From contig JAGQQW010000001.1 of the NCBI GenBank assembly GCA_020426005.1, positions 32,909 to 96,908 on the forward strand: a DNA stretch of 64,000 nt. Direction: 5' to 3'. Shown piece after piece: positions 28,193 to 38,039 of this stretch. The position numbers were made by a program, and so were the translations under genes. Source of the stretch: Planctomycetota bacterium (lineage in GTDB: Bacteria; Planctomycetota; UBA1135; GCA-002748355). The notes below the pieces were generated by a model. That model saw nothing but the letters and a program-made list of their open reading frames with translations, ran no database searches and was not told where the DNA came from. The first letter of the stretch is position 1. Every line of letters begins with the position of its first letter.

Positions 28193-29506
28193 ATGAAGAC
28201 CAAGCTCTCGGTCATGATGTTCCTGCAGTACGCGATCTGGGGCGCTTGGCTCCCGCTGCTGTGGCCCTTCCTCAACGGGCATCGCGGTTTCACAGGTACT
28301 GAGATCGGCCACATGTTCGCGGTCGGGGCAGTCGGTGCAATCGTTGCGCCGTTCATCGCTGGACAGATCGCAGACCGCTATTTCAACACCGAGAAGTTCT
28401 TGGGGCTCAGTCACCTCATCGGTGCAGGGCTCGTGTGGTTCCTCGCCACGACGGAGACGTACTCCGGCTTCCTCTGGCTGAGTCTCGCGTACTCCCTCGT
28501 GTACTCGCCGACGCTTCCACTCACCAACTCCCTCGCATTCCACCACCTCGAGGATCGCGACCGTGACTTCGGCCGTGTGCGTGTTTGGGGAACCGTCGGC
28601 TGGATCGTTGCCGGCATCCTGATCGGCCAGTTCCTGTATCACTTCCATACGCCCACTGAAGCGGCGTTCTCGGAGGCCGTAGCCCAGAACCTGACGAGCG
28701 CCACGGACTTCAAAGGCTTCACGGATGCCGCGTACCAAGCCGGCATGGGCAATGCCTTCAAGCTCAGCGCAATCCTGGGTGTCGTGATGGGCCTCTACTG
28801 CCTCTTGGTGCTGCCGAAGACGCCTCCGACGAAGGGCAAGGAAGCAAACGCGACAATGGAAGCCCTGAAAGAAGTCCGGCGGCAACCCTTGCTCACGCTC
28901 TTCTTGCTTGCGGTGCCGGTGAGCTGCATCCACCAGTTCTACTTCGTGCACACTTCGGGCTTCCTCGGCACCGTGCAGTCCAGCGCAACCGAGGCGATCA
29001 ATAAAGTGTTCGGTGTCGGAGGTGGCGGGCTCATGACGATCGGGCAGATCAGTGAAGTCGCCGTTCTCGCCGCGATTCCCCTCGTCGCCAAGGACTGGTC
29101 CCGCAAGACACTGCTCGCGATCGGCCTGCTCGCTTACGCAGGCCGCATGGCTCTCTTCGCGCATGCTGCCGACAGCGTCCCGCTCGTCATGCTCGGCCTC
29201 GCGCTCCACGGATTGTGCTTCGGTTGCTTCATCTTCGTCGCGTTCATGATCGTCGACGAAGAAACGACGAAGGACGTGCGCGCGAGCGCGCAGAGCCTCT
29301 TCAATCTCGTCATCATCGGGATCGGGATCATCGTCGGGAGCATGATCGCGGGTGACATTGCCGAGCGGTACATGGTCGACAACAAGGTCACGGACTACAC
29401 CGGCCTCTTCTCGTGGCCCATGTGGGCCGCGCTCGCGTGCTTCGTGCTCCTGATGCTGTTCTATCCCAACGGTCGCAAGCCGGCGCCACAGTCCTCGACC
29501 CCCTGA
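28193..29506 (+). CDS. MFS transporter, nucleoside:H+ symporter-like (NHS/MFS_1_like) subfamily
   Basis: A 437-aa protein with 12 predicted TM helices and an N-terminus (MMFLQYAIWGAWLPLLW) characteristic of the NHS-like MFS group. Confidence 0.85.
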   Translation: MKTKLSVMMFLQYAIWGAWLPLLWPFLNGHRGFTGTEIGHMFAVGAVGAIVAPFIAGQIADRYFNTEKFLGLSHLIGAGLVWFLATTETYSGFLWLSLAYSLVYSPTLPLTNSLAFHHLEDRDRDFGRVRVWGTVGWIVAGILIGQFLYHFHTPTEAAFSEAVAQNLTSATDFKGFTDAAYQAGMGNAFKLSAILGVVMGLYCLLVLPKTPPTKGKEANATMEALKEVRRQPLLTLFLLAVPVSCIHQFYFVHTSGFLGTVQSSATEAINKVFGVGGGGLMTIGQISEVAVLAAIPLVAKDWSRKTLLAIGLLAYAGRMALFAHAADSVPLVMLGLALHGLCFGCFIFVAFMIVDEETTKDVRASAQSLFNLVIIGIGIIVGSMIAGDIAERYMVDNKVTDYTGLFSWPMWAALACFVLLMLFYPNGRKPAPQSSTP

Positions 29507-29513
29507 TGCATCC

Positions 29514-31442
29514 ATGAAACTGCAGTCTTCCTTCGTCACCGCTGCTCGAATCGCGTTAGCATGGTCGCTGATCGCGGGCTCCGTCAGCATTGCACGGGAC
29601 TCGAAGCTCTCTGGAAGCGCGAACCAGGTCGATGCTGCGCGCACGACGCTGCGAGGATCACTGCGCGACGCAGCGGGTGCCGTCGTCGAAGGCGCAACCG
29701 TCGAAGCGTGGTATTCGCCGCGGCTGTCGGATTCGATGCCGTTCACGTCCGGCATCGAAGATGTGGTCACCACGAAGACCGACGATAGAGGACACTTCAG
29801 GCTCACCCTTCTTCGCGGAACCGTCTACAGCGTCGCCGCCTATTGGACGACGCCTGATGGCGAACATCGTCAATCGTCCATCGTGGACACCATGGGTGAC
29901 CGCGTTCTGTCCCTCGAACAATCCGAGGAAGCGTCTGGGCAGAGATTGGACGTGCGCGTACGGGGCGATCGGGTCGTTTTCGGAGTCCGAGGTGAGCTGC
30001 GTGCCACGGTCTTCGTAGACGCTGCCAACTCTCGACGGATCGCAACGAAGCCCATCGTCGGCACGGATCCGGTTCTGTTCGACGTTCCGTTCACGGCCGA
30101 GCATAGCGTCGTCAAGGTCTTGCTCGAGGATGCAATAGGTCCGATCAGCATCCACGCCCAACGCATGCCAAAGACGCGGAAAAACTTCGACATCCGAGTG
30201 CTGCTCACGCTCCCAACTGGCCCGCCGGTCCACTTTCGAGTCGTCGACACGGCTGGCAAACCGATCGCCAGCGCCACTCTCGTGAGCCGCGCGCGCTTGA
30301 CGGAATCGGCGCCGTGGCGACCGCACGCGACGACCGATGAGGACGGCCGCGCCACATTGAGATCGATCGCGGACTTCGACAAGCATTGGGTCGTGTGCGC
30401 TCGTGCAACGGGATACCGCGATGCGATCGCGTTCCGCAATGTCACGTCGGGGCAAGTCGGGGGGCAAACGATCACGGATTGGGACATCGACCGCACCATC
30501 GTTCTGACGATGACACCTGGCCCTCCCGTAATCGGTCGTATCTTGGATGAGCACGGTCGCGGCGTTCCGGGTGTGCCCGTCGCCGCGACGTACGACATTA
30601 CGAAGCCTCACGGCATGGGAAGGACTTGCACCGTGACGTCGACGGATCACGAGGGGAGGTTCCGCTACGAGCCAGCCGCCAACACCGACTCACTGAGACT
30701 CGTTGCTGTCCTACCTCCCGCCGAGCATTCTCGACTGACGCGCGACGCCGTCGCCTGCCCATCGCCACGAATCGACCTCGTTGCACCAGGACCGAACGAT
30801 GACGGTCGAACTCCCGTGGTCGACTTCGGAACGGCGACTTTGCGAACGATTCAAATTCGGGGCCCGGGAGGTCAACCAGCACCTGGCGCAGCAATCGTCA
30901 CGCTCAGCGACCGGTTCGACTCGCTCGTGGACGCGATGGCGAGATCGCCCCGCGCGGACAAGCGTGGTTACGTCGCGTTCTATTCGTTCGGTGGACCGAT
31001 GGCGAAGACTCCGCGGGACAACTCGGATGTCTCTCCTCACGAGTCGGTGTTCGCGATCCTCGAAGGCATTGGTTGGAGCGAGATCCGCAGAAGTGAAACG
31101 GCGAGTTCTGCGACTACCAGAATCCAACTCGAGCCCTTCACACGGCGAGAAGTCGTCGTCGTGGACGAAGAACGCCGACCGGTCGCCGGCGTCTGGACGA
31201 ATGCCAATGTCTCCATGCGATCCGGCGAAAGAGATGCGACCTTGCAGCACTTTCTTGTAGGCGCCAGCTTCTTGGGATTGCGACAGAAGAGCGACAGCGA
31301 TGGCCGCATGGTCCTGTGGTCGGTCGACCGACCTGGCATGCTGTACCGCATGCGCTTCCAACCGCCTGACCGAAACTACCGCATCGTCGAGTGCGAGCTG
31401 CCACCACCCAGCGAGGACTGGCTCATCACCCTGACTCGCTGA
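29514..31442 (+). CDS. Secreted protein with multiple carboxypeptidase-regulatory-like domains (paralog 1)
   Basis: A 642-aa protein with a signal peptide. It has repeated VxGxVxDxxGxPVxGAxV...TTDxxGxxRL modules and is collinear with and similar to the next gene. Confidence 0.65.
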   Translation: MKLQSSFVTAARIALAWSLIAGSVSIARDSKLSGSANQVDAARTTLRGSLRDAAGAVVEGATVEAWYSPRLSDSMPFTSGIEDVVTTKTDDRGHFRLTLLRGTVYSVAAYWTTPDGEHRQSSIVDTMGDRVLSLEQSEEASGQRLDVRVRGDRVVFGVRGELRATVFVDAANSRRIATKPIVGTDPVLFDVPFTAEHSVVKVLLEDAIGPISIHAQRMPKTRKNFDIRVLLTLPTGPPVHFRVVDTAGKPIASATLVSRARLTESAPWRPHATTDEDGRATLRSIADFDKHWVVCARATGYRDAIAFRNVTSGQVGGQTITDWDIDRTIVLTMTPGPPVIGRILDEHGRGVPGVPVAATYDITKPHGMGRTCTVTSTDHEGRFRYEPAANTDSLRLVAVLPPAEHSRLTRDAVACPSPRIDLVAPGPNDDGRTPVVDFGTATLRTIQIRGPGGQPAPGAAIVTLSDRFDSLVDAMARSPRADKRGYVAFYSFGGPMAKTPRDNSDVSPHESVFAILEGIGWSEIRRSETASSATTRIQLEPFTRREVVVVDEERRPVAGVWTNANVSMRSGERDATLQHFLVGASFLGLRQKSDSDGRMVLWSVDRPGMLYRMRFQPPDRNYRIVECELPPPSEDWLITLTR

Positions 31443-31466
31443 TCCGAGCGCGATCGGCTGCGGGCC

Positions 31467-33473
31467 TTGCCGGTCTCCACGACGACTGGCACGATGCCAG
31501 CGCACGACATCATGAGATTGCCCCCCTTCATCGCCATCGCCGCTCGGATCGCGTTCGCCATTTGGATCGCCGGGCCCGGCGTTCTCGTCGCCCAGGACGT
31601 CGAGAAGGACGTCGCAGAGCAGAACACCGCCGAGCATGCACCGCTCCAACGCGAGCGACTGCGTGGGTCGCTGCGCGATGAGGCCGGGAACGCGATCGAA
31701 GGCGCGAACATCGAAGCGTGGTATGCACCGGTGGCATCCGAAGCGGTGCTGTTCGGAATCGAGGACATCGTCACCACGAAGACCGACGCGCGGGGTCGGT
31801 TCGAACTGTCGCTCCTGCGCGGCGCGGTCTACAGCATCGTCGGCTATTGGAAGGACGCGGAAGGTATCGCCCGTCAATCCATGGTGACGACCTCGACGGG
31901 CGATCGACTCGTGACGCTCGAACCTGCAGAAGAAGTCACGAGCGGTGCTCAGGTCGATGTCGTCGTCACCGGCGATCGCGAGGCGTACGGCATTCTCGGT
32001 AAACTCCGCGCGACCGTCTATTGCGACGGAGCCAACTGGCGGCGCTTCGCGACCAAGCCCATCGACGGAGACGAGCCTGTACGCTTCGAAGTGCCGTTCA
32101 CCGGCGATCGCGGTCGGATCAAGATCGTCGTCGAGGATGATCGAGGACCGATCCACATCAACACGATGTTCTTGCGCAAGCAGACCAAAGTCTGGAAATC
32201 GACCGTCGACCTCCCGAAGGGGCCCACAGTCGACGTGCACGTCACCGACAAGGACGGAAAGGCGATCTCGGGTGCGCAGATCCAATGTCCCCAGAGCGCC
32301 TGGGGTTCGTCCCCCTGGCGCACGCATGCCGTGACGGACGACGAGGGGCGCGCTTCGATCACGACGATCGAACAGTTCGACCAGCAATGGACGATGCGTG
32401 TGCGCGCGCCAGGCTATATCGAAGCCTACGCGTTTCGCAGCAGCGGCCAGGGTCACCTCTGCGGCAAGCCGTGCACCGAGTGGGCCGCCGACAAGCCGAT
32501 CGAGTTCACCCTCGAATCCGGGGAACCGCTCGTCGGCACCGTCCTCGACGAGAACGGCAAAGGTCTACCGGGTATTCCCGTCGCGATGAGCTACGACGTC
32601 TCGCTCATGGTGCAACCCAACTCGTATCGAGGGCTCGGCAGCACGGCGATGCTCGCGACGACCGACGAGGAGGGCAAGTATCGATTCGGCGGTGTCGGCA
32701 AGCCCGATTCTCTGCGCCTCGTTGCAGCGCTGCCGCCCGCAATCCTCGCGCGGCTCTCGAAGAACTCCGACGTCGTGCCGGCATCGTGGGTCGAACTCGA
32801 TCCGTCCCGAGCGGGATCGAAGAGCGAGGTCGCGACTCTCGATTTCTCGAAGGCTGCGATTCGCGTGTTCTCGATTCGCAAGCCTGGCGGGACCCCGGCG
32901 CGCGGCGCGGCGATCGTGTCGTTGACCGACCACTCGGATTCGGTCAAAGAAGCGATCGAACGCGCTCCACGCGCCGACAAGCGCGGCCGTGTCGCGCTCT
33001 TCGTGTTCGCAGAACCCAAGTCGAACCCCCTGATCAATTTGTTCAAGCGATCTTCGGCGCGCTCCGAGTTCGCGATCCTCGAGGGCGAGGGATGGAAGGA
33101 GCTTCGCGCGAGCGATCTCGCGCAGGAGGCTGGAAAGGAAGGCGAACCGATCCTCCTCGAACTCGAGCCATTCACCGAACGCAACGTTCTCGTCGTTGAT
33201 GGCGACGGCAAACCAATCGCCGGTGTCACCTCGAACATCGGCGGATCCTCGTGGTCCGGCAGCGGAGCGATGATCGACTTCGCTCGAGCCGCAAATGCGA
33301 TTGGGTTGGCCCAGAAGAGCGATGACCAGGGTCGCATGCGACTCTGGTCCATCGACGTGCCCAACATGCAGCACCGGATCCGGTTCCACGCACAGGCGAA
33401 GACCAACCGCAATCAGGTCGTACTCCAGCTTCCGTCCCCGGGCGAGGAATGGACCGTGACGATCGCGAAGTAA
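31467..33473 (+). CDS. Secreted protein with multiple carboxypeptidase-regulatory-like domains (paralog 2, tandem duplicate)
   Basis: A 668-aa protein. Long blocks align with the upstream gene (for example LRGSLRDxAGxxxEGAxxEAWYxP...GIEDxVTTKTDxRGxFxLxLLRGxVYSxxxYW and LRATVxxDxANxRRxATKPIxG), so the two are clearly tandem paralogs. Confidence 0.65.
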   Translation: MPVSTTTGTMPAHDIMRLPPFIAIAARIAFAIWIAGPGVLVAQDVEKDVAEQNTAEHAPLQRERLRGSLRDEAGNAIEGANIEAWYAPVASEAVLFGIEDIVTTKTDARGRFELSLLRGAVYSIVGYWKDAEGIARQSMVTTSTGDRLVTLEPAEEVTSGAQVDVVVTGDREAYGILGKLRATVYCDGANWRRFATKPIDGDEPVRFEVPFTGDRGRIKIVVEDDRGPIHINTMFLRKQTKVWKSTVDLPKGPTVDVHVTDKDGKAISGAQIQCPQSAWGSSPWRTHAVTDDEGRASITTIEQFDQQWTMRVRAPGYIEAYAFRSSGQGHLCGKPCTEWAADKPIEFTLESGEPLVGTVLDENGKGLPGIPVAMSYDVSLMVQPNSYRGLGSTAMLATTDEEGKYRFGGVGKPDSLRLVAALPPAILARLSKNSDVVPASWVELDPSRAGSKSEVATLDFSKAAIRVFSIRKPGGTPARGAAIVSLTDHSDSVKEAIERAPRADKRGRVALFVFAEPKSNPLINLFKRSSARSEFAILEGEGWKELRASDLAQEAGKEGEPILLELEPFTERNVLVVDGDGKPIAGVTSNIGGSSWSGSGAMIDFARAANAIGLAQKSDDQGRMRLWSIDVPNMQHRIRFHAQAKTNRNQVVLQLPSPGEEWTVTIAK

Positions 33474-33497
33474 CGCGCGACACGGACCACGAGTTCT

Positions 33498-34895
33498 TCA
33501 GAGCAACCGGCCGGCGAGTTCGGCCAGGTCCGAGCGCTCGCCCTTCTCGAGGAGCACGTGGCCGTACAGCTCCTGCCCGTGCATGCGCGCGATCACGTGG
33601 CTGAGGCCGTTGGACAACGCATCGAGATAGGGCTGATCGATCTGCCGGATATCACCGGTCAAGACGATCTTCGTGCCCTCCCCCGCTCGCGTCAGCACGG
33701 TCTTCACTTCGTGTGGCGTCAAGTTCTGCGCCTCGTCGACGATGAAGTACGCGCCGTGCAGGCTGCGCCCACGCAGATAGGCGAGCGGCGTCAATACGAG
33801 ACGATCGCTCTCTTGCAACTTCGCGAGCGTGCGCGCCTGATCCTCCCCGGGAGACAGCTGGCCGCGGATCACAGCGAGGTTGTCGCGGAGCGGCTGCATG
33901 TACGGATCGATCTTGGACTGCACGTCCCCCGGCAAGAAACCGAGGTCACGATTGCTGAGCGGAACGATCGGACGGGCGAGCAGGATCTGTCGATACCGTG
34001 CATGACACTCGAGGGCTGCCGCGAGCGCGAGCAGCGTCTTGCCCGTTCCTGCCGTACCGACGAGCGTCACGAGTCGAATCGAATCATCGAGCAGCATGCG
34101 CAGCGCGAAGGTCTGCTCGGCATTTCGAGGCCGAACCCCGTAGGCCTGTAGCTTGGGAGGTATGCGCACGAAGGCATCCTCCTGCGGTGCATACCCGGCG
34201 AGCACCGACTTGCTCCCGCTTCGGAGGATGAAGTTCTCGTTGGGCTGCGGATCATCGACGGCAGCGAGTCGGGTGCGCGTGACTTTGTGCGGAGCTTCGA
34301 AGAAGCCATCCAGAACGCCGGGTTCGAGATCGTCGATGATGCGTCTTCCCGACCACAACAGGTCGGGCCGTCGCACCTTGTCGGCTTCGTAGTCCTGGGC
34401 GACGAGGCCAAGGGACTTGGCTTTGACGCGAAGGTTCGAGTCCTTGGACACGAGGATGACCGAGCGATCGGGCGCGGTCTTCTTCATCCAGAGCGCGGTC
34501 GCGAGGATGCGGTGGTCCGCGATGTTCTCGGTAAAGGCCCCATCGAGTAGGTCGTACGCATCGCGCAGGACCACGACGCGGAGGTTGCCGAGCCCTTCGC
34601 CGAGCGGCACGCCTTCGGTCGCGAGAAAGTCCCCCGTCATCGCGTCGAGGTCGCGCAAGCACTCCCGCGCTTGGAAGTGAATCTCTTCCGATCCGCGCTT
34701 GAAGCGATCGAGTTCTTCGAGCACGACGATCGGCAGTACGACATCGTTCTCCTCGAACGTGCGCAGGCAGCGGCAGTCGTGCAGGATGACGTTGGTATCG
34801 AGTACGAAGATCTTTCCAGGCACGCCTCGATCATCGCGTGAGGCGCGCGGGACCGACACCGGAAACGAAAAACGGCCGCCCGAGGGCGGCCGCAT
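33498..34895 (-). CDS. PhoH-like ATPase with N-terminal PIN domain (YlaK-type)
   Basis: An N-terminal PIN region (IFVLDTNVILHD) and a C-terminal PhoH P-loop ATPase (VTLVGTAGTGKT, DEAQN). The exact start is uncertain, and a GTG about 25 codons into the track ORF is possible. Confidence 0.85.
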   Translation of the reverse strand: MRPPSGGRFSFPVSVPRASRDDRGVPGKIFVLDTNVILHDCRCLRTFEENDVVLPIVVLEELDRFKRGSEEIHFQARECLRDLDAMTGDFLATEGVPLGEGLGNLRVVVLRDAYDLLDGAFTENIADHRILATALWMKKTAPDRSVILVSKDSNLRVKAKSLGLVAQDYEADKVRRPDLLWSGRRIIDDLEPGVLDGFFEAPHKVTRTRLAAVDDPQPNENFILRSGSKSVLAGYAPQEDAFVRIPPKLQAYGVRPRNAEQTFALRMLLDDSIRLVTLVGTAGTGKTLLALAAALECHARYRQILLARPIVPLSNRDLGFLPGDVQSKIDPYMQPLRDNLAVIRGQLSPGEDQARTLAKLQESDRLVLTPLAYLRGRSLHGAYFIVDEAQNLTPHEVKTVLTRAGEGTKIVLTGDIRQIDQPYLDALSNGLSHVIARMHGQELYGHVLLEKGERSDLAELAGRLL

Positions 34896-34939
34896 TTCTT
34901 CACGTTCGTGGTCGAACGTGCTTCAGGAGTTCTTGGAAC

Positions 34940-36037
34940 TCACTGGCGCGAGCTGGGGCACTGACCCTTCGTGCTGCTGCACTCGGTCTTCGCGCCACTG
35001 CACTCGCTCTTCTTTTCGCTGCAGCATTCGCTCTTGGTGCTCTTCTCGCTGCAGCATTCGGTCTTCTCGCTGCTGCATTCGGACTTCTCGCCTTCGCCAC
35101 AGCACTCGCCCTTCATGGCAGCGCCCATCGTCGTGGTCATCGTGCCGAGGAGCTTGCTCGCGGCCGTCATGTAGTTGCAGGTCGCTTCGCAAGCGCCCTT
35201 CGTGACTTCGCATGCCTGCATGACTTCGGCGTTGCGCGCCATCAGGCCACCCTTCGGGCAGAGCAGCTTGGCGGAACCGGCCTTGAGCAGAGCGGCTTCC
35301 TTCTGGAGGTTGCCGACGACGAGCGGCATCGGGTCGATCTTGTTCTTGGCGAGCACGGCCTGGAGTTCGGCCATCTTCGCGAGCGAATCCTTGCACTTGC
35401 CGAACGCGGCGAGTTCTTCACCGGCCTTGCCCCACGACTTGCAGAGCGATTCCGACGCGGTGACCGGGCAGCCTTGCTTGGCGACCTTTTCGCCTTCCGG
35501 GCACTCGACGCACTCGGAGCACTCGGCCTTCTTGGCGACCGTGGCGGCCTTCTCGCCTTCGCTGCAGGAGCTGTCGCAGTCCTTCTTGGCGCCTTCGGCC
35601 ATGCAGCACTCGCTCGCTGCGGCGGTGATCAGCTTCATCGAAGCGGTGACTTCACCGTTGAGGGCTGCGAGCTGCTTGACCATCGCGAGCTGCTCGGCGG
35701 CGTCCTTGCGGAAACCTTCGGGCGCCTTGCCATTGACCATGCCTTCGAGCTTCGCGATCGAAGCGGCATAGAGACGGTCGAGCGTCTCCATCGTGTCCGG
35801 CATGCGCTTGCCCATCGGGCAGAGCTTGGACATTCCGACCATGGCCTGAGCGACTTCCTTCTGTGCCGTCGCGTCGAGCTTCTGGTAGGCCTTGACCAGG
35901 GCGTTCTGGGGACCGGTCGTGCATTCCTGAGCGGCGCTGCACGTCTCGGCTTTCTGTGCCTTGGAGTACGGGCACTCTTGCGCGAACGAAGTCGTGGCAA
36001 GGCCCAGAGAGATGGCAACCGTAAGAATCGTCTTCAC
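34940..36037 (-). CDS. Secreted cysteine-rich, Lys/Ala/Glu-rich helical protein (putative metal-binding)
   Basis: The true start is the GTG at 36037, preceded by GAAGGAG at correct RBS spacing. The signal peptide is VKTILTVAISLGLATTSFAQE. The mature protein (about 345 aa) has about 34 Cys in CxxC, CxxxC and CC arrangements (ECCMAEGAKKDCDSSCSEGEK, ECSECVECPEGEK, ACEVTKGACEATC) and a metallothionein-like tail with ECCSEK repeats (ECCGEGEKSECSSEKTECCSEKSTKSECCSEKKSEC). The 300-aa N-terminal extension in the 672-aa track ORF is Arg-rich and was rejected. Confidence 0.6.
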   Translation of the reverse strand: MKTILTVAISLGLATTSFAQECPYSKAQKAETCSAAQECTTGPQNALVKAYQKLDATAQKEVAQAMVGMSKLCPMGKRMPDTMETLDRLYAASIAKLEGMVNGKAPEGFRKDAAEQLAMVKQLAALNGEVTASMKLITAAASECCMAEGAKKDCDSSCSEGEKAATVAKKAECSECVECPEGEKVAKQGCPVTASESLCKSWGKAGEELAAFGKCKDSLAKMAELQAVLAKNKIDPMPLVVGNLQKEAALLKAGSAKLLCPKGGLMARNAEVMQACEVTKGACEATCNYMTAASKLLGTMTTTMGAAMKGECCGEGEKSECSSEKTECCSEKSTKSECCSEKKSECSGAKTECSSTKGQCPSSRQ

Positions 36038-36132
36038 GTGATCGATCTCCTTCGATGATCGGGGTTCGTTTTGCGTGAGTCTACGCAGCGATGCAGCCCT
36101 TGTGGGCGCAAATTGAGCGAGAAAGAGCCTGG

Positions 36133-37608
36133 TTACGAGCGCAACTCGATGTCGTTCCGCGGGTTTTTTCGACCACGGGGAGCGGCGAGGTGGAGTTCTT
36201 CCGTGGTGAAGAGCCGCAGCCCCGCGAAGAGCCAGGCCGGCGCCGTCCATTGCAGGAGCAGGCGATCGAAACGACTCACGAGCTCGTGCTCGAGATCGTT
36301 CTCGGGAACGAGAAACAGCGATGCGAACGCCGCCAGGAGCCCGAGCGCGACGAAGGCCCCGAGAGCGTGCTGCCGTGCGGCGTACTTGCCGCGGCTGGCG
36401 AACGCGAGCACGGTCACCCCCCACAGGAGCGCGAATTTGCGGACATCGAACGCGACGCCCAGACCGCCGAACAGCATGCGTGGAAGGTCGCCCAGCCGCG
36501 CCACAACGCGCCCGAGACCGCCGTCGACGACCGCGTCCATGGATCCCGAAACCGACACGAGCAGAAGTGCCGCACCGAGCAGGGACCCGACCGTTCCCGC
36601 GATGATGGCGGTTCGAAGCGTGCGGCGCCCAGCGGGAACCAGGTCCAGAGCGACTCGCAGTAGGATCACGACGAGCGGCGCACATGCGACGAGCACGATG
36701 CGTCCCGTTGCCATGGGGATCGCGTGTGCACGCACCGCCGCAACGAGTCCGCAGCTGATTCCGGTGAGGACAGAGCCGAGCACTACTCCATTCTTCGGTA
36801 GGGCATGGACGCCGACGACGAGCGCGAGCCAGGCGTAGACGGTTCCCTCGGGCTTGAGCATCGGGAGCCCGGCGACACTCACGCAGAAGAGCAAGGTCTG
36901 CCACGGTGTGGCTCGTGCGCTGCCCGGAGCGACCGCCAGCGCGGATCCGACTCCGCACAAGAAGAGCGCGACGATCAGTTCTGCGTACCCAGAATCGACG
37001 TTGCCTGCTCCGGTTCCGATGAACCCCGGGAGCACGAAGAACGATGCCGCCATCAGGATGGCTGCCGGGCGTCTCAGCGCGCGTTCGAGCGCTCCGAAGA
37101 CCCCGACCACGAGCACGACGAACAGCAAGGGAAAGACGAAGCGCGCGGCTTCGAGACCGACGAGACGCGTCAAGTCCGCGAGCACGAGCGGTTGGAGGAG
37201 CGGGTACTCGCGCGCAGGTGAGTAGACCCCGAGTTGCGTGAAGAACGGCTGGAAGTAGCCGCCGTCACTCAGCCGTATCGCTCGAAGCTCCCACGCGACT
37301 CTCCCGTCCCATTCGCGCGGGCCGGTCGTGGCCAGCGCGATCCCGATCGGGACGAGGACGACGGCCGCGAGCACGAGACAACCGACGAGCGTGTGCTTGC
37401 TCATGCTCGGCGATCGCATGGACTCTCGATTGGGTGCGCGCGTCCTGAAGAACGCGAGGACAGCAGGAGTCACAGCCGCGATCGCCAGGAGCGCTGGTCG
37501 CGCCATACCGGGTAGGTCGATTCCGATCGCGAGGAACGCGTGCACGACCAGTCCGTACGTGACCAGCGAAGCCAGACAACCGAGCAAGACGAAGCTCGCC
37601 CGCGTCAC
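36133..37608 (-). CDS. Polytopic integral membrane protein (about 12 TM), possible GT-C-fold glycosyltransferase or polymerase/ligase-like
   Basis: A 491-aa protein that is almost entirely hydrophobic helices. Its start codon overlaps the stop of the upstream 144-aa gene (ATGA). It is the last gene of the glycosyltransferase operon. The family assignment is not supported by motifs. Confidence 0.55.
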   Translation of the reverse strand: MTRASFVLLGCLASLVTYGLVVHAFLAIGIDLPGMARPALLAIAAVTPAVLAFFRTRAPNRESMRSPSMSKHTLVGCLVLAAVVLVPIGIALATTGPREWDGRVAWELRAIRLSDGGYFQPFFTQLGVYSPAREYPLLQPLVLADLTRLVGLEAARFVFPLLFVVLVVGVFGALERALRRPAAILMAASFFVLPGFIGTGAGNVDSGYAELIVALFLCGVGSALAVAPGSARATPWQTLLFCVSVAGLPMLKPEGTVYAWLALVVGVHALPKNGVVLGSVLTGISCGLVAAVRAHAIPMATGRIVLVACAPLVVILLRVALDLVPAGRRTLRTAIIAGTVGSLLGAALLLVSVSGSMDAVVDGGLGRVVARLGDLPRMLFGGLGVAFDVRKFALLWGVTVLAFASRGKYAARQHALGAFVALGLLAAFASLFLVPENDLEHELVSRFDRLLLQWTAPAWLFAGLRLFTTEELHLAAPRGRKNPRNDIELRS

Positions 37609-38039
37609 GGCACGATCTCCATGGACAGGCTCTCGCGAGTCGCGATGAGCACCACGCGACCGGTCTTGCCTTCGAACGAACCTCTCGCGACGGGGCGCCC
37701 GAGCAGCTGGGTCTCGGACCCTGGTATCCCTCCGGCGACATCGGCATCGAAGAGAAGGCGATCACCGATCGAAGCGACGACGTGCTCGATCGGTCCTTGC
37801 CACGTTCCACGCCATAGAACGACCGCGTCGCTCGGCGTATTCGCTTCGATCCATTCGACGATCCGCAGCTCGTCGGGCCACGTGCGACCGAGGTGATACC
37901 CCGCGGCGCCGAGTTGCTCGAACTCGCGTACTTGAGCGAGGCGTTTCCCCCATGTCGCATGTGGAATTCGCGCCAGCGAGAACGCGAACGACGCGATGAC
38001 GAGGACCCAGGCAACACGCGGAGTCCACGGCGCCTTCAT
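37605..38039 (-). CDS. Small bitopic protein with one N-terminal TM and a periplasmic domain
   Basis: A 144-aa protein: MKAPWTPRVAWVLVIASFAFSLA then a soluble domain. Its stop overlaps the next start, and its own start overlaps the GT4 stop, so it is translationally coupled within the operon. Confidence 0.5.
   Translation of the reverse strand: MKAPWTPRVAWVLVIASFAFSLARIPHATWGKRLAQVREFEQLGAAGYHLGRTWPDELRIVEWIEANTPSDAVVLWRGTWQGPIEHVVASIGDRLLFDADVAGGIPGSETQLLGRPVARGSFEGKTGRVVLIATRESLSMEIVP

Noticed and set aside
36038-36958. N-terminal 300-aa extension of the 672-aa ORF 34940..36958
   Set aside because: The extension is Arg-rich and overlaps the upstream membrane-protein gene. A GTG with GAAGGAG RBS at 36037 immediately precedes a clean signal peptide, which gives a much more plausible start.
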